A stretch of 64,000 nucleotides of DNA from positions 640,001 through 704,000 of the forward strand of contig CAVVLJ010000016.1 of assembly GCA_963749075.1 (NCBI GenBank), written 5' to 3'. The DNA is from an uncultured Pseudomonadota bacterium (GTDB lineage Bacteria; Pseudomonadota; Alphaproteobacteria; JACZXZ01). Below, piece by piece: positions 41,656-52,385 of the stretch. Each line of letters opens with the position of its first letter. Position 1 is the stretch's first letter. Below the pieces are notes generated by a model. The model saw nothing but the letters and a program-made list of their open reading frames with translations. It was not told the origin of the DNA and did not search any database. The position numbers were made by a program, and so were the translations under genes.

Positions 41656-43749
41656 CTACTCCCGGCGGCGGACGAGTTCAATATAGCCGAAGCCGTCGAT
41701 GCGCGCGCGGAAGCCAGGGCTCACTACGGTCGAGGTCTCGTCCTCCTCGATGACCGCGGGTCCGTCGAGGACGGTGCCCGGCTTGAGCGCCTCGCGGCGG
41801 TAGAAGGGCACCTCGAGGAATTCGCCTGAGCCGGGATCGAAGACCTGGTGCCGCGCCATCGGCTCGGCCGTGCCCGGCACCAGTGCCGCCGCCGTCTCCT
41901 CGCGGAGCACGAGGGGTGCCGTCACCACTGCGACCCAGCTCAGGATCTCGATGTCGACGCCCGGGATGGCGCGGCTGTAGAGCGCGCGGTAGGCCGCCTC
42001 GAAGGCGTCGCGCAGAAGCCCCGTGTCGCCGGCGGCGAACTCCCGCGCCGGCAGTGCCACGGCGATCTCGTGGCCCTGGCCGCGGTAGCGCATGAAGGCG
42101 GAGCGGCGCTCCTCGAGGGCCGCCGAAGCACCCGCACCGCGGCGCACGATGGCCTCGGCCTCGGCGCGCATCTCGCCGAGCACGCGGTTGGCGGCTGCGG
42201 CATCGAAGCTCGAGAGGCGCTGCATGTGGCTCTTCACGATCTCGAAGGCGATGGGGGCGCGGAGGAAGCCGATCGCCGAGCCCACGCCCGCGTTGGTCGG
42301 CACCAGCACACGCGAAAGCCCGAGCTTCTCGGCCACGCGCGAGGCGTGGAGCGGGGCCGCCCCGCCGAAGGCGATGAGGGTGCGCTCGGCCACGTTCTTG
42401 CCGCTCTCGATGGTGTGCACGCGCGCGGCGTTCGCCATGTTCTCGTCCACCATCTCGCTGATGCCGAGTGCCGCGAAGGCGCCCTCGAGCCCGAGGGGCT
42501 CGCCCACCCCGCGAGAGACCGCCGCGGCCGCGGCCGGGAGGTCGAGTGCTATCTTGCCGCCCGAGAAGGCCGCTGGATCGATGCGGCCGAGCACGAGGTC
42601 GGCGTCGGTGACCGTGGGCTCGCTCCCGCCGCGGCCGTAGCAGGCGGGCCCGGGCTCCGAGCCGGCGCTGTCGGGCCCGACCGCGATGCGCGCCATGGCG
42701 TCGACGCGCGCGATCGAGCCGCCGCCGGCGCCGATCTCCACCATCTCGATCACCGGGATGCGGAGCGGGATGCCCGAGCCCTTCTTGAAGCGGTAGATGC
42801 GCGCCACCTCGAAGAGGCGGTTGGTCTGGGGCTTGGCGTCGTCGATCAGGCAGATCTTGGCGGTGGTGCCGCCCATGTCGAAGGAGATCACCCGCTCGAG
42901 GCCGCATTGGCGGGCGATGTGGCTCGCGAAGATGGCGCCGCCCGCGGGCCCCGATTCGACGAGGCGCACCGGGAAGCGGATCGCCGTCTCGACGGTGGTG
43001 AGCCCGCCGCCCGAGGAGATGAGATAGAGCGGGCAGCGGAAGCCGGCAGTACTGAGGCCGTCCTCGAGATTGCGCAGGTAGCGGCCGATGAGGGGCTGCA
43101 CATAGGCGTTGGCGCAGGCGGTCGAGAAGCGCTCGTACTCGCGCATCTCGGGCGACACCTCGGAGGAGAGTGTCACGGTGACGTGCGGCAGCCGCGCCGC
43201 GATGAGCTCGCGCGCGCGGCGCTCGTGGGCCGGGTTGGTGAAGCTGTGGAGGAAGCCGATGGCGACGCTCGCGATCTCCTCGCGCGCGAGCTCGTCGATG
43301 ACCCGGCCGAGGCCTGCCTCGTCGAGCGGGGCCAAGATGCGCCCTTGCGCGTCGCTGCGCTCGGAGACGCCATAGCGCCAGCGCCGCGGCACCAAGGGCG
43401 GCGGCAGGTCGATGTCGATGTCGTACTGCTCGAAGCGGTTCTCGTGGCGGATCTCGATCACGTCGCGGAAGCCCTCGGTGGTGACGAGCGCCGTCGGCGG
43501 GCCCTTGCGCTCGATGAGCACGTTGGTCGCGAGCGTGGTGCCGTGGATGATCATGACGAGCTCGGCGGGGTTGAGCCCCGCCTCGGCGAGCGCCGCGCCG
43601 ATGGCCGCCAGCACGCCCTTCTCGGGCGCCTGGGTGGTGGTCAGTATCTTGCTCGTGTAGCGCTTGCCCTCGGCCGTCTCGAGCGCCACGTCGGTAAAGG
43701 TGCCGCCGATGTCGACGCCAAGGCGCGCGCCGCCGCGATCTCCGCTCAA
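41656..43749 (-). CDS. Hydantoinase A / 5-oxoprolinase family ATP-binding subunit
   Basis: GVDIGGTFTD, HGTTLATN, ESGPAGG, DMGGTT, GAGGGSIA, PGPACYG, FGGAAP.H; TTG start 43749 with RBS GGGGAG. Confidence 0.92.
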   Translation of the reverse strand: MSGDRGGARLGVDIGGTFTDVALETAEGKRYTSKILTTTQAPEKGVLAAIGAALAEAGLNPAELVMIIHGTTLATNVLIERKGPPTALVTTEGFRDVIEIRHENRFEQYDIDIDLPPPLVPRRWRYGVSERSDAQGRILAPLDEAGLGRVIDELAREEIASVAIGFLHSFTNPAHERRARELIAARLPHVTVTLSSEVSPEMREYERFSTACANAYVQPLIGRYLRNLEDGLSTAGFRCPLYLISSGGGLTTVETAIRFPVRLVESGPAGGAIFASHIARQCGLERVISFDMGGTTAKICLIDDAKPQTNRLFEVARIYRFKKGSGIPLRIPVIEMVEIGAGGGSIARVDAMARIAVGPDSAGSEPGPACYGRGGSEPTVTDADLVLGRIDPAAFSGGKIALDLPAAAAAVSRGVGEPLGLEGAFAALGISEMVDENMANAARVHTIESGKNVAERTLIAFGGAAPLHASRVAEKLGLSRVLVPTNAGVGSAIGFLRAPIAFEIVKSHMQRLSSFDAAAANRVLGEMRAEAEAIVRRGAGASAALEERRSAFMRYRGQGHEIAVALPAREFAAGDTGLLRDAFEAAYRALYSRAIPGVDIEILSWVAVVTAPLVLREETAAALVPGTAEPMARHQVFDPGSGEFLEVPFYRREALKPGTVLDGPAVIEEDETSTVVSPGFRARIDGFGYIELVRRRE

Positions 43750-43900
43750 ACTCTCCCCCTCCGCCGGACGCGGAAGGGCCGCGAGCCCGGCTCGGCAATC
43801 GAGTCTCCAAGGTGCCCGAGAGTGCGGGCGGGCGCGGGCGCTGTCAACCGGGGCTGGCTGGCGGCTCACGTTGGTTTCGGATCGGGCGGTCGAGGAAACG

Positions 43901-44012
43901 GGCGTCCGGGGTCAGGGCGCGCAAGAGGACGCCAGCGAAGGGTCGCACTTCCCCGGTAAGCGGACCAGTTGGCCGACGGCCGGCGCGGCCGGGATGTGCC
44001 AATAGCAGAAAT
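43901..44012 (+). repeat. Degenerate GGGGTCA...GATGTGCCAA element, left copy
   Basis: Boxes GGGGTCA (43908), GGTCG (43941), CCCC, GCGGAC (43960) and GATGTGCCAA (43993), in the same order and similar spacing as the copy at 49686-49806. Confidence 0.55.
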
Positions 44013-44058
44013 CGGCTGGAGGACCGGGGTCTGGCGGGGTAAGACATCACCCCCAGAT

Positions 44059-45159
44059 CTATGCAGAAGCTTCGCGGACCCATAGACGGATCGCACCTGC
44101 CCGTCCGCGGAGCGTCTGGTCGCCCTGATCGCGCAAACGGCCGAGCAGGGCCCTTGCCTTGTCGGAGGGCGCCACTTTGATCGCGCAAACCAGCGCGTCG
44201 CTAACCACCAGCGGCGTTCCGAGGTTACGCGTCAGCGCCTGCAGCCGGCTCGCGGTGTTCACGGTGTCGCCGATTACCGTGAACGCCATGCTGTGCTTGC
44301 TGCCAACATCGCCGAGCACGGCAGGCCCGTAGTTGAGTCCGATGCCAATCGACAGTTGCGGTTCGCCCCGCGCTTCGCGTTCGCCGTTCCAGCGATCGAG
44401 TGCCGCGAGCATCAACTCGGCACAGTTGAGTGCGTTGGCGGCGTCGTTGCCGCTGGCAGTCGGTATCCCGAAGACCGCGAGGATCGCGTCGCCGATATAT
44501 TTTTCGACAGTGCCGCCGCACGTGAAAATCTCTGCCGTCATCCGCTCGTGGAACTCCCGGAGCAAGGTCACCACCGCCTCGGGCATCATGGCTTCAGCCA
44601 TGCGTGTGAAGCCGACGATATCGACGAACAGCACTGCGACAGTTTGCCGCCGCACGGCCCCCAGCGGCTCGTCCTGGGCGGCCAGCATCTCGACGATGTT
44701 CGGCGAGAAGTAGCGTGACAGGTTGGCGCGCGCCCGCTCGGCTGCCATGCGGAGTCGATCCATTTCGCGCAGCTTGGCGATATCGGCAAGCGTCTTGCGA
44801 ATGGTGATCTCAAGATCGTTAAAATCGACCGGCTTGGTGACGAAATCAAATGCGCCGCGGTTCATCGCGGTCCGCAGGTTGGTCATGTCGCCGTACGCGG
44901 AGACGATGATCGCCTTCACCGGCAATTGCCGATCGCGCAAGCACGAGAGCAGGGTAAGTCCGTCCATGACCGGCATATTGATGTCGAGAAGCATCAACTC
45001 GACATCGGGATCGGCGCCGAGCAGGCCCAACGCTTCTTCACCATGACGGGCAAATTGGAACGCGAACTCCTGATCTCGGATCTGCCGGCGGAAACGCTGC
45101 CTGATCAGCACCTCGAAATCGGGTTCGTCGTCGACGGCAAGGATCTTTGAGGGGCTCAT
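44059..45159 (-). CDS. REC + class III adenylate/guanylate cyclase
   Basis: REC (AVDDE, LLDINMPVMDG) then VLFVDIVGFT, EKYIGD, TVIGDTVNTASRL; the Lys/Thr specificity residues suggest ATP as substrate. Confidence 0.92.
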   Translation of the reverse strand: MSPSKILAVDDEPDFEVLIRQRFRRQIRDQEFAFQFARHGEEALGLLGADPDVELMLLDINMPVMDGLTLLSCLRDRQLPVKAIIVSAYGDMTNLRTAMNRGAFDFVTKPVDFNDLEITIRKTLADIAKLREMDRLRMAAERARANLSRYFSPNIVEMLAAQDEPLGAVRRQTVAVLFVDIVGFTRMAEAMMPEAVVTLLREFHERMTAEIFTCGGTVEKYIGDAILAVFGIPTASGNDAANALNCAELMLAALDRWNGEREARGEPQLSIGIGLNYGPAVLGDVGSKHSMAFTVIGDTVNTASRLQALTRNLGTPLVVSDALVCAIKVAPSDKARALLGRLRDQGDQTLRGRAGAIRLWVREASA

Positions 45160-45545
45160 CCGCGGAGCATCGACGGCAGGCGGCTCAGCTGTTCCTTGAG
45201 CGCGTCGAAATTGACTGGCTTGGTGAGGAAATCCATAGCGCCGGCCTCAGTGGCGCGCCGGCGGCGCTCGTCGTCGCCATAGGCGGTTACCATCATAACC
45301 GGCAGATTAGGGCGCCGCCGCTTGACCTCGCGCAGCAAGGTGAGGCCGTCCATCCCCGGCATGTTAATGTCCGACAGAATGACGATCAGCTCCGGCCTGA
45401 CCTCCGGAAGCTGATCGAGTGCCTCCTCCCCCGAGGCGGCGAAATGCAGCACGTAGGTGCCCTGGCGCGCCTCGCGTCGAAAGCGCTGGCGAAACAGGTC
45501 GGCGACATCGGGCTCGTCGTCGACAACCATAATGCTGACGCTCAC
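45156..45545 (-). CDS. Single-domain response regulator
   Basis: [23 protein letters not shown]; 4-bp overlaps with both neighbours. Confidence 0.92.
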   Translation of the reverse strand: MSVSIMVVDDEPDVADLFRQRFRREARQGTYVLHFAASGEEALDQLPEVRPELIVILSDINMPGMDGLTLLREVKRRRPNLPVMMVTAYGDDERRRRATEAGAMDFLTKPVNFDALKEQLSRLPSMLRG

Positions 45546-48500
45546 GTTACCCTCCCCTCCGTCGTTGCGTGCCGATTGCGCGGCAATCGCACGGTGAATT
45601 CGGTGAACGCGTCCACCTCGCTGGCGACCTCGATCGTGCCGCCATGCTGTTGCGTGACGATCTCGTAGCTGATCGAGAGGCCAAGCCCGGTACCCTCGCC
45701 GGTCGGCTTGGTCGTGAAGAACGGCTGAAAGAGTTTGTCGCGATATTCGGGAGCAATGCCGACACCGTTGTCGCGCACACGGATCTCGACAAAGGCGCCG
45801 AGATTACGCGTCGATACCTTCAGAACGGGTCGGCTTCCGGCTGTACGGCTCCGCTTGACGGCGGCGTAAAAGCCATTGCCGATCAGGTTCAGCAATACGC
45901 GGGTTATGTCCTGCGGCACCAGCTCGATCGGGGCGAGGGCAGGATCGAGCTCGCGCTCCAGAGTGATGTTGAAGTTCGGGTCCTGGGCACGGGCGCCGTG
46001 ATAGGCGAGATTGAGTGCTTCCTCGATGAAGGCATTGAGATCGACGCTCTGCCGTTCGCCGCTGCCGCCGCGCGAGTGCAACAGCATGCTCTTGACGATA
46101 CCGTCGGCACGGCGGCCGTGCTCGGCGATCTTGGCGAGATTGCCGGTCAGCATCGCGATCGTCTCGTCGATCTCGGAACGCTTGTCCTTGTCCAGAGCCG
46201 CCAGCGCCGGCGCCGCCGCCTCCTTGAACTCGTCCAGCAGTTCGACGGAAAGTCCGGCGAAGTTGTTCACGAAGTTGAGCGGGTTCTTGATCTCGTGGGC
46301 GATCCCGGCTGTCAGTTGGCCCAAGGACGCCATCTTCTCCGCGTGAATGAGGCTTGTCTGCGCTGCTTTCAATTCGCGTAACGCGACCTCGGCGGTGTCG
46401 CGCGCGGCGCGGATCTGTTCCTCGGCGCGTTTGCGCTCCGTGATGTCGCTGTAGATAAGCACGAACCCACCGCCCGGCACCGCGTTCCGGCGGACCTCGA
46501 TAATCCGGCCGTCGGGCCGCGTGCGCTCGAGGCGAATTTCCTGATCGGCAGCTTCGAGACGGCGGCTCAATTCCGCCTCGATGTTATCGGTGCCGAATTC
46601 ACCGCGCTCGGCAAGGAGGCGGATGTAGTCGGCATAGCTCGGACGCTCCGCCAAGAGTCCATCGGGCAGGTCGAGGATCTGCTGGAAATTGCGGTTCCAG
46701 GCGGCGAGGCGCAACTCTGCATCGAACATTGCGACGCCGTCCCCCATGTTATCGAACGTGACACGCAATTCGGCCTGGCGCTGGCGGATCTCGTCCAGCA
46801 GCCGAGCATTGTCAATCGCGATCACCGCCTGCACCGCGAAGCTCTCCAACAGCGCAATCTCCTTGTCAGAGAAGGGCCGCATCTCCAGCCGGTTCGTGCT
46901 GAGATAGCCGAGCACGGCGCCGTCCTTGCGCAGCGGAACGAGCAGCATCGTGCGAAGGCCCAATTCGACGGCGCCCATGCGTTTCGGATCATCCCGCCCC
47001 CACAACGTTTCGACCGCAAGATCGGGAATATGGATGACGCGTTCATCGCCAAACAACCGCGCGTGGGGGCTGTTCGGCAACGGGCGGAACGGTCGGCGCA
47101 GCAACCCTGCCAGTGGCTCGGGATACCCGCGCGTCGCCACCGCCTGCAAATGCTCGCCGTCATAGGTTACTAACGCGCCGAAATTGACTCCGCAGAGGCG
47201 GTGCGCTTTCTCCAATATCGCGTCGAACACCGGCTCAAGCTTCCCGGGTGAGGTGTTGATCACCTGCAAAATCTCGGCGGTCGCGGTCTGTTGCTCCAGC
47301 GCGTCACGCGTCTCGGTAATAAGCCGCGCATTCTCCATCGCGATGACGGCCTGAGCCGCGAAGCTTTGCAACATCGTGATCTGCTTTTCGGAGAACGGCC
47401 GCACCTCTTGACGGTAGACCGTCAGCGAGCCAAGCAGCACGTTGTCCTTGACCAGCGCGACCTGAATGACGCTGCGGGCACCCGCGAGGTCGACCAGCGC
47501 ACGCCGCACCGGGTCGCCCGCCCGGTAGGGCTCTTCGTCGGCGACATCGACGCTGACGATCAAACGCTCACCACGCAGCATGCGGCCGAGCGGGTTGTCC
47601 GGGCGGACCTGCACCGGGTTGCGGGCGATCTCCGCGTAGGCCGCAGGCGCGCCGTGCAGGGCGGCCGCGTGAAATTTCTCGCCGTCGCAGAGCCAGAGGA
47701 TGCCGAAGGCAGCTTCGCACAGCTCGGTCGCCTTCTCCAGCAGAGCGTCGAACACCGGCGCGAGGTCGCCGGGCGACTGGTTGATGACCTGCAAGACCTC
47801 CGCCATTGCGGCCTGCTGGGCCAAGGACTCGCGCAGCTCATTGAGCAGGCGGGTATTCTCGATGGCGATCACCGCCTGATCGCCAAAGGTGGTCACCACC
47901 GCGATTTGTTTCTCTGTAAAGGGCTGCGGCACGATTTTTGCCACGAAGATTACCCCTACGACACTTCCCTTATGCAAGAGCGGGACGCCAAGCGCTGATC
48001 GGTAGCCACCAACCTTTTGAGCTTCACCATAGGTATATTCCGGGTCCGCCAGCACATCGGGAACATGAACCACTCTCGCCTCGAGCGCTGCTCGCCCAAC
48101 CACGCTGCCCCGATCGGTGAGGACTACATGGGTCTTGAAATATTTCTTGATCCGCGCATGGACGTCAGTTGCGTGGCCGAAGCTGGCGACCCAGCGTAAG
48201 ACTTCGCCCTCGCGCTGGAACAACCATGCATGATCGGCGTCACACAACCGCGTTGCCGCCTGCACCAGCGTATCGAGGACAGTTTGCAAGTCGAAAGTCG
48301 AGCCGCTGATAGCCTTGAGCACGTCGGCGGTGGCAGTCTGCTGCGACAATGACTCGCGCAGCTCGCCGAGCAGGCGCGTATTCTCTATGGCGATGACTGC
48401 CTGCGCGGCGAAGTTCGTCACCAGCTCGATCTGCTTGTCGGTGAAAGGCTGTACCTCCTGGCGCATTATGCTGATTGCACCGATCAGCTCATTGTCCTTG

Positions 48501-49538
48501 AGCATCGGAACCGCGACGATTGTGCGATAACCACCGAGTTTGACGGCGGAGACTAGGTATGGATCGCCCTCAGTGTAGGACTTCACCGTCGTAATATCGA
48601 CGATCTGAGCCACTTGGCGGGTTTTGGCGACCTGCCCAAGAGCCGAGTCCGGTGGTGGTCGCGCCAGATCGCGCTTGCGTGCTTCGGCATACGCTCGTGG
48701 TGCATTGTGTGTCGCAACCGCGCGGAAAGCATTTGCGTCTCGGAGGTACAGCGAGCCGAACTTGGCCTCGCAAATACGGGTCGCATTTTCCAGCATAGCT
48801 TGAAACACCGGATCCAGCTCTCCGGGCGAGCTGCTGATGACTCTGAGCACATCGGCGGTAGCGGTCTGCTGTTGGAGCGACTGACGGAGTTCGTTTAACA
48901 AGCGCGCGTTCTCGATCGCAATCACCGCCTGGTCGGCGAAGGTGGTCACCAGTTCGATCTGCTTGGCCGCAAACGGCTCCGGTACCGTTCTTGCCACGAA
49001 GATCACCCCTACGGTATTTCCCTCTCGTAGGAGCGGGGCGCCGAGCGTCGCTCGGTAGCCGCTAATCTTTTGGGCATCACCGCGGGCGTATTCCGGATCG
49101 GCCAGCACGTCCGGAATATGAACCAGTCTGCCCTCAAGCGCAGTTCGGCCAACGACACTGCCTCGATCAACCGAAATTGGATTCAGTTCGAGGTATTCTT
49201 GATGTTCGAGTGAAAACCCGTAGCGTGCGGCGACGCGGTAGAATTCGCCATCCCGTAAGAAGATGAAGGCATCTTTCGCCTCGCAGAGGCGAGTTGCCGA
49301 ACTCGACCAGCGTATCGAGCACCGTCTGCAGGTCGAAAGTCGCGCGGCTTATGACCTTCAAAACGTCGCCGGTCGCAGTTTGCCGCTCCAGCGCTTGCGC
49401 CAGCTCGCGTTTGAGTATGACATTTTCTCGTTTCAGGTCGACGGCGGGCTTGGCAAGTCTCCTCGCCGCTCGTGCCTTCAATAGCCGTTGCTTACGCTTC
49501 GCCATTGGCGTGAGCCTGAAATGCATTAATTTGTCCAT
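45542..49538 (-). CDS. Multi-GAF (5x) + PAS sensor histidine kinase, +1 frameshift near 49300
   Basis: Five QQTATAxVL...[11 protein letters not shown] units, PAS, H-box [35 protein letters not shown] 49167-49538 joins ORF 45542-49108 if one T is removed at about 49300 ([12 protein letters not shown]). Confidence 0.88.
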
Positions 49539-49685
49539 GCCCTTCCCGAAGGTAGAACCGGACTAACTCGCCTTTTCTCATTTGGCCCCCCAGACCAGTG
49601 CTAAGGACCCCGTGGAGCATAGTACGTTGCCGTCCAGCCGTGTGTCGACAGGACCGCTTTCAAGTGGCGCGACGTTCGCTACGGG

Positions 49686-49806
49686 ATGTCCGGATGGGGT
49701 CACGGGCGGCGGTCGCAAGCATGTCCGCGCTTGGTCGGATTAACCCCCAACTGCGGTCGAATTGGTGCGCCGGAACAAAGGAGCGAGATGTGCCAAACCG
49801 GCGATC
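49686..49806 (+). repeat. Degenerate GGGGTCA...GATGTGCCAA element, right copy
   Basis: ATGTCCG, GGGGTCA (49696), GGTCG (49733), CCCC, GCGGTC (49753), GATGTGCCAA (49787). Confidence 0.55.
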
Positions 49807-49880
49807 CGCTGCCTCGCGGGCCGGCGATCGCCTTGCAGTCGGAGCGCCACCAGCCTTGGAGACGCGATCCACGCCGCCGG

Positions 49881-50687
49881 CTATCCGCTGTTGCGCTTGA
49901 GGAAGCTCAGCGTCCTTTCGTTGAACTCGGCGACGTTCTCGTAGATGGGGGCATGGGCGCAGCCCTCGAAGACCGTCGTCTCGCTGCGGCCGATGCCGTT
50001 CCTCATGGCATCCGCGAAGCGGGTGGAGGTGACGGCGTCGTGGCGGCCGAAGGTGATCTGGGTCGGGGCCTTGATCGCGGCGAGCGCGGCCCCGGCATCG
50101 TGGGCGATCACCGCGTCGGATTGGCGCAGGAAGGCTTCGAGCGGCTGCGCCGGACGGCCGCGCACGAAGGCGGCGAGCGCCTCGATATAGTCCGGCTTCG
50201 CCGCGTAGAGCTCCGGCGTGAAGCACCAGGGGAAGATGCCTTGGATCACCATCTCCGTGACGCTGCCGAGGCCCCTGGCCATGGTCTGCCAGCCCTGGAC
50301 CACGGCCTTGAGAAAGGGGTCTGACTTGCTCCAGCCGCTGTGCAGCGACAGCGATTTGACCTTTTCCGGGTGCCTCGCGGCAAGCCACAGTCCGGTCGCG
50401 GCACCCAGCGACAGGCCGGAGACGTGCGCGGAAGCGATGCCGATCGCCTGCATGAAGGCGGCCACGTCGTCGGCGAAGAGCTCCGTCGAGTAGGTGCCGG
50501 CCGGCTTGTCGCTCTCGCCCGCACCTCTAGGGTCGAGCGAGATGCACGTGAAGTGCTTGGCATAGTCCGCGACCTGAAAGGCGTAGCAGGCGTTGTCGGC
50601 CGCCAGATAGGGAATGAGGACGAGCGGCTCTCCCGTGCCTTGCTGCTCGTAGTTCATGGTGATGTCATTGACCTTGATCTTGGGCAT
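49881..50687 (-). CDS. Alpha/beta hydrolase (3-oxoadipate enol-lactonase-like)
   Basis: DPRGAGESDKP, GLSLG nucleophile, G..D, AHAP.YE; RBS GAGGGA. Confidence 0.88.
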   Translation of the reverse strand: MPKIKVNDITMNYEQQGTGEPLVLIPYLAADNACYAFQVADYAKHFTCISLDPRGAGESDKPAGTYSTELFADDVAAFMQAIGIASAHVSGLSLGAATGLWLAARHPEKVKSLSLHSGWSKSDPFLKAVVQGWQTMARGLGSVTEMVIQGIFPWCFTPELYAAKPDYIEALAAFVRGRPAQPLEAFLRQSDAVIAHDAGAALAAIKAPTQITFGRHDAVTSTRFADAMRNGIGRSETTVFEGCAHAPIYENVAEFNERTLSFLKRNSG

Positions 50688-50886
50688 CTCCTATCCCTCC
50701 CTCTTGGCTCGCCTCGGTTGGCCGGCCTGCTGTGGGCGAGTTTGGGCATCTTGAGGGGTCGTTGCAACCGCTGGCTGGAACAGGCCCTCCGACGGGGTTC
50801 CCATCATCAGGGGAATGTCGGCTAAAGTGCCCGCGCGGGCTGAGCTCGGCGCGGCGGTCGCGGCCGCTCTCGGGAGGTCTCGGGCC

Positions 50887-51939
50887 ATGTCGATGGCGAA
50901 TGGTGGCAGGCTCCTGCTCGCTCTCGCTCTGATCGCGGGCGCCGCCGCCGCCGGCGCCGAGGACGATGCGCGGACAAAGCAGCTGCGGCTGCTCTGCGCG
51001 CAGTTGAGCGGCGACCTGACCGAGCCCGGCGGCATCGCGGCGTTCCGCCGCTGCCTCACCCAGGATCCCGCCGCGGCGATGCGCGAGAACGCGTTTGGTG
51101 CTGCGCCCGCGGGGCGCGCGCCGGTGGCCCCTGCCGGCTATGGACGGAACAGCCGCCGCCTGGTCGCCGGCGCCGTCGCGAAGTTTCAGGCGTTGAGCGG
51201 CAACGCGCTCTATGTCGTCACCACCGACGGCAAGCTGTGGCGGGAGACCATCGACAAGAAGGACGGCCGGGTCGTCGATCCGGCCGTGGCCTCGTTCCAG
51301 GCGCTCGACGCGACCCTCTTCTATGCGCTCGGCCCCGACGGCAAGCTGTGGCGCGAGAGCGGCGACGCCAGGACGAGGAGCCTCGTCGATGCGGAGGTCA
51401 CCGCCTTCCAGGCGCTCGACGGCAGTCTCGTCTACGTGCTCGGGAGGGACGGCAAGCTGTGGCGCGAGCAGGGCGACATGAAGAGCCGCGCCGAGGTGGA
51501 CCGCGAGGTCGCCGCTTTCCAGGTGATCGACGCCTCGCTCGTCTATGTGAGCGCGCGCGACGGCACCCTGTGGCGCGAGACCGGCAGTGCCGCCAACCGC
51601 ACCCTCCTCGCCTCGAAGCTGGCCGCCTTCCACGTCGTCGGCGACACCACCTACGCCCTGACGGCCGCCGATCGCGTGCTGTGGCGCGAGGCCGGAGGCG
51701 ACAAGCCCGAGCAGGTCGACACCGGGGTGGCGGCGTTCCAGCCCATCGACATGCATCTCGTCTACGTGCTCGCCAAGGACGGCAGGCTGTGGAGCGAGCT
51801 CGTCAACAATCAGCACCGCACGCTGGTCGATGCGGGCGTCATGCTGCAGCCGGACGTCGCCTCGTTCCAGGCCATCGATGCGCACCAAGTCTATGTCCTC
51901 GGCAGCGACCACCGGCTGTGGGTCGAGAAGATGCCGTAG
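50887..51939 (+). CDS. Exported protein with seven ~37-aa repeats (predicted 7-bladed beta-propeller)
   Basis: Signal peptide; repeats VxxFQxLDxxLxYVLxxDGKLWRE with a 111-nt period (51175, 51286, ...); RBS GGGAGG. Confidence 0.8.
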   Translation: MSMANGGRLLLALALIAGAAAAGAEDDARTKQLRLLCAQLSGDLTEPGGIAAFRRCLTQDPAAAMRENAFGAAPAGRAPVAPAGYGRNSRRLVAGAVAKFQALSGNALYVVTTDGKLWRETIDKKDGRVVDPAVASFQALDATLFYALGPDGKLWRESGDARTRSLVDAEVTAFQALDGSLVYVLGRDGKLWREQGDMKSRAEVDREVAAFQVIDASLVYVSARDGTLWRETGSAANRTLLASKLAAFHVVGDTTYALTAADRVLWREAGGDKPEQVDTGVAAFQPIDMHLVYVLAKDGRLWSELVNNQHRTLVDAGVMLQPDVASFQAIDAHQVYVLGSDHRLWVEKMP

Positions 51940-51968
51940 GCGGAGGCAGGCATCTTGGTCGGGGCGCC

Positions 51969-52385
51969 ATGTCCGGAAGAACGTCGTTGAAACGGCTCAC
52001 TCTCGAAATCCTCGACCAGGAGCTGGCGGTCGTCCGCCTTGCCCGGCACGAGCCGCTGCCCGCTTGGTTCGAGTGGGGGGCTCGGCCGCTCTCGTCGGTC
52101 ACGCGCACGGACGACGAGACGTCCATTCTCTCTCCCGCCAGGCTGGTGCCGCCCGACGCTCGAGCGGAGCGCGGTTGGCGGGCGATCAAGGTACGGGGGC
52201 CCTTGGACTTCTCTCTGACGGGCATTCTCCACTCGATTCTTGCGCCGCTCTCGGCCGCCGGGGTCAGCGTCTTCGCGCTCTCGACCTACGACACCGACTA
52301 CCTCCTCGTCCGGCACGCCGACATGCCGCGCGCGCTCGCGGCGCTGCGACTTGACTTCGACATCGTCAATACCGATGCCGCATAA
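51969..52385 (+). CDS. ACT-domain protein (ACT_7 / CASTOR-like)
   Basis: SVTRT.DE.S, GWRAIKV.GPLDFSLTGIL, A.VSVFALSTYDTDYLLV. Confidence 0.88.
   Translation: MSGRTSLKRLTLEILDQELAVVRLARHEPLPAWFEWGARPLSSVTRTDDETSILSPARLVPPDARAERGWRAIKVRGPLDFSLTGILHSILAPLSAAGVSVFALSTYDTDYLLVRHADMPRALAALRLDFDIVNTDAA

Noticed and set aside
51175-51939. Regular 111-nt repeats as a possible CRISPR or ncRNA array
   Set aside because: The repeats are in frame, degenerate at third codon positions and encode protein blades; no constant repeat/spacer structure and no cas genes.
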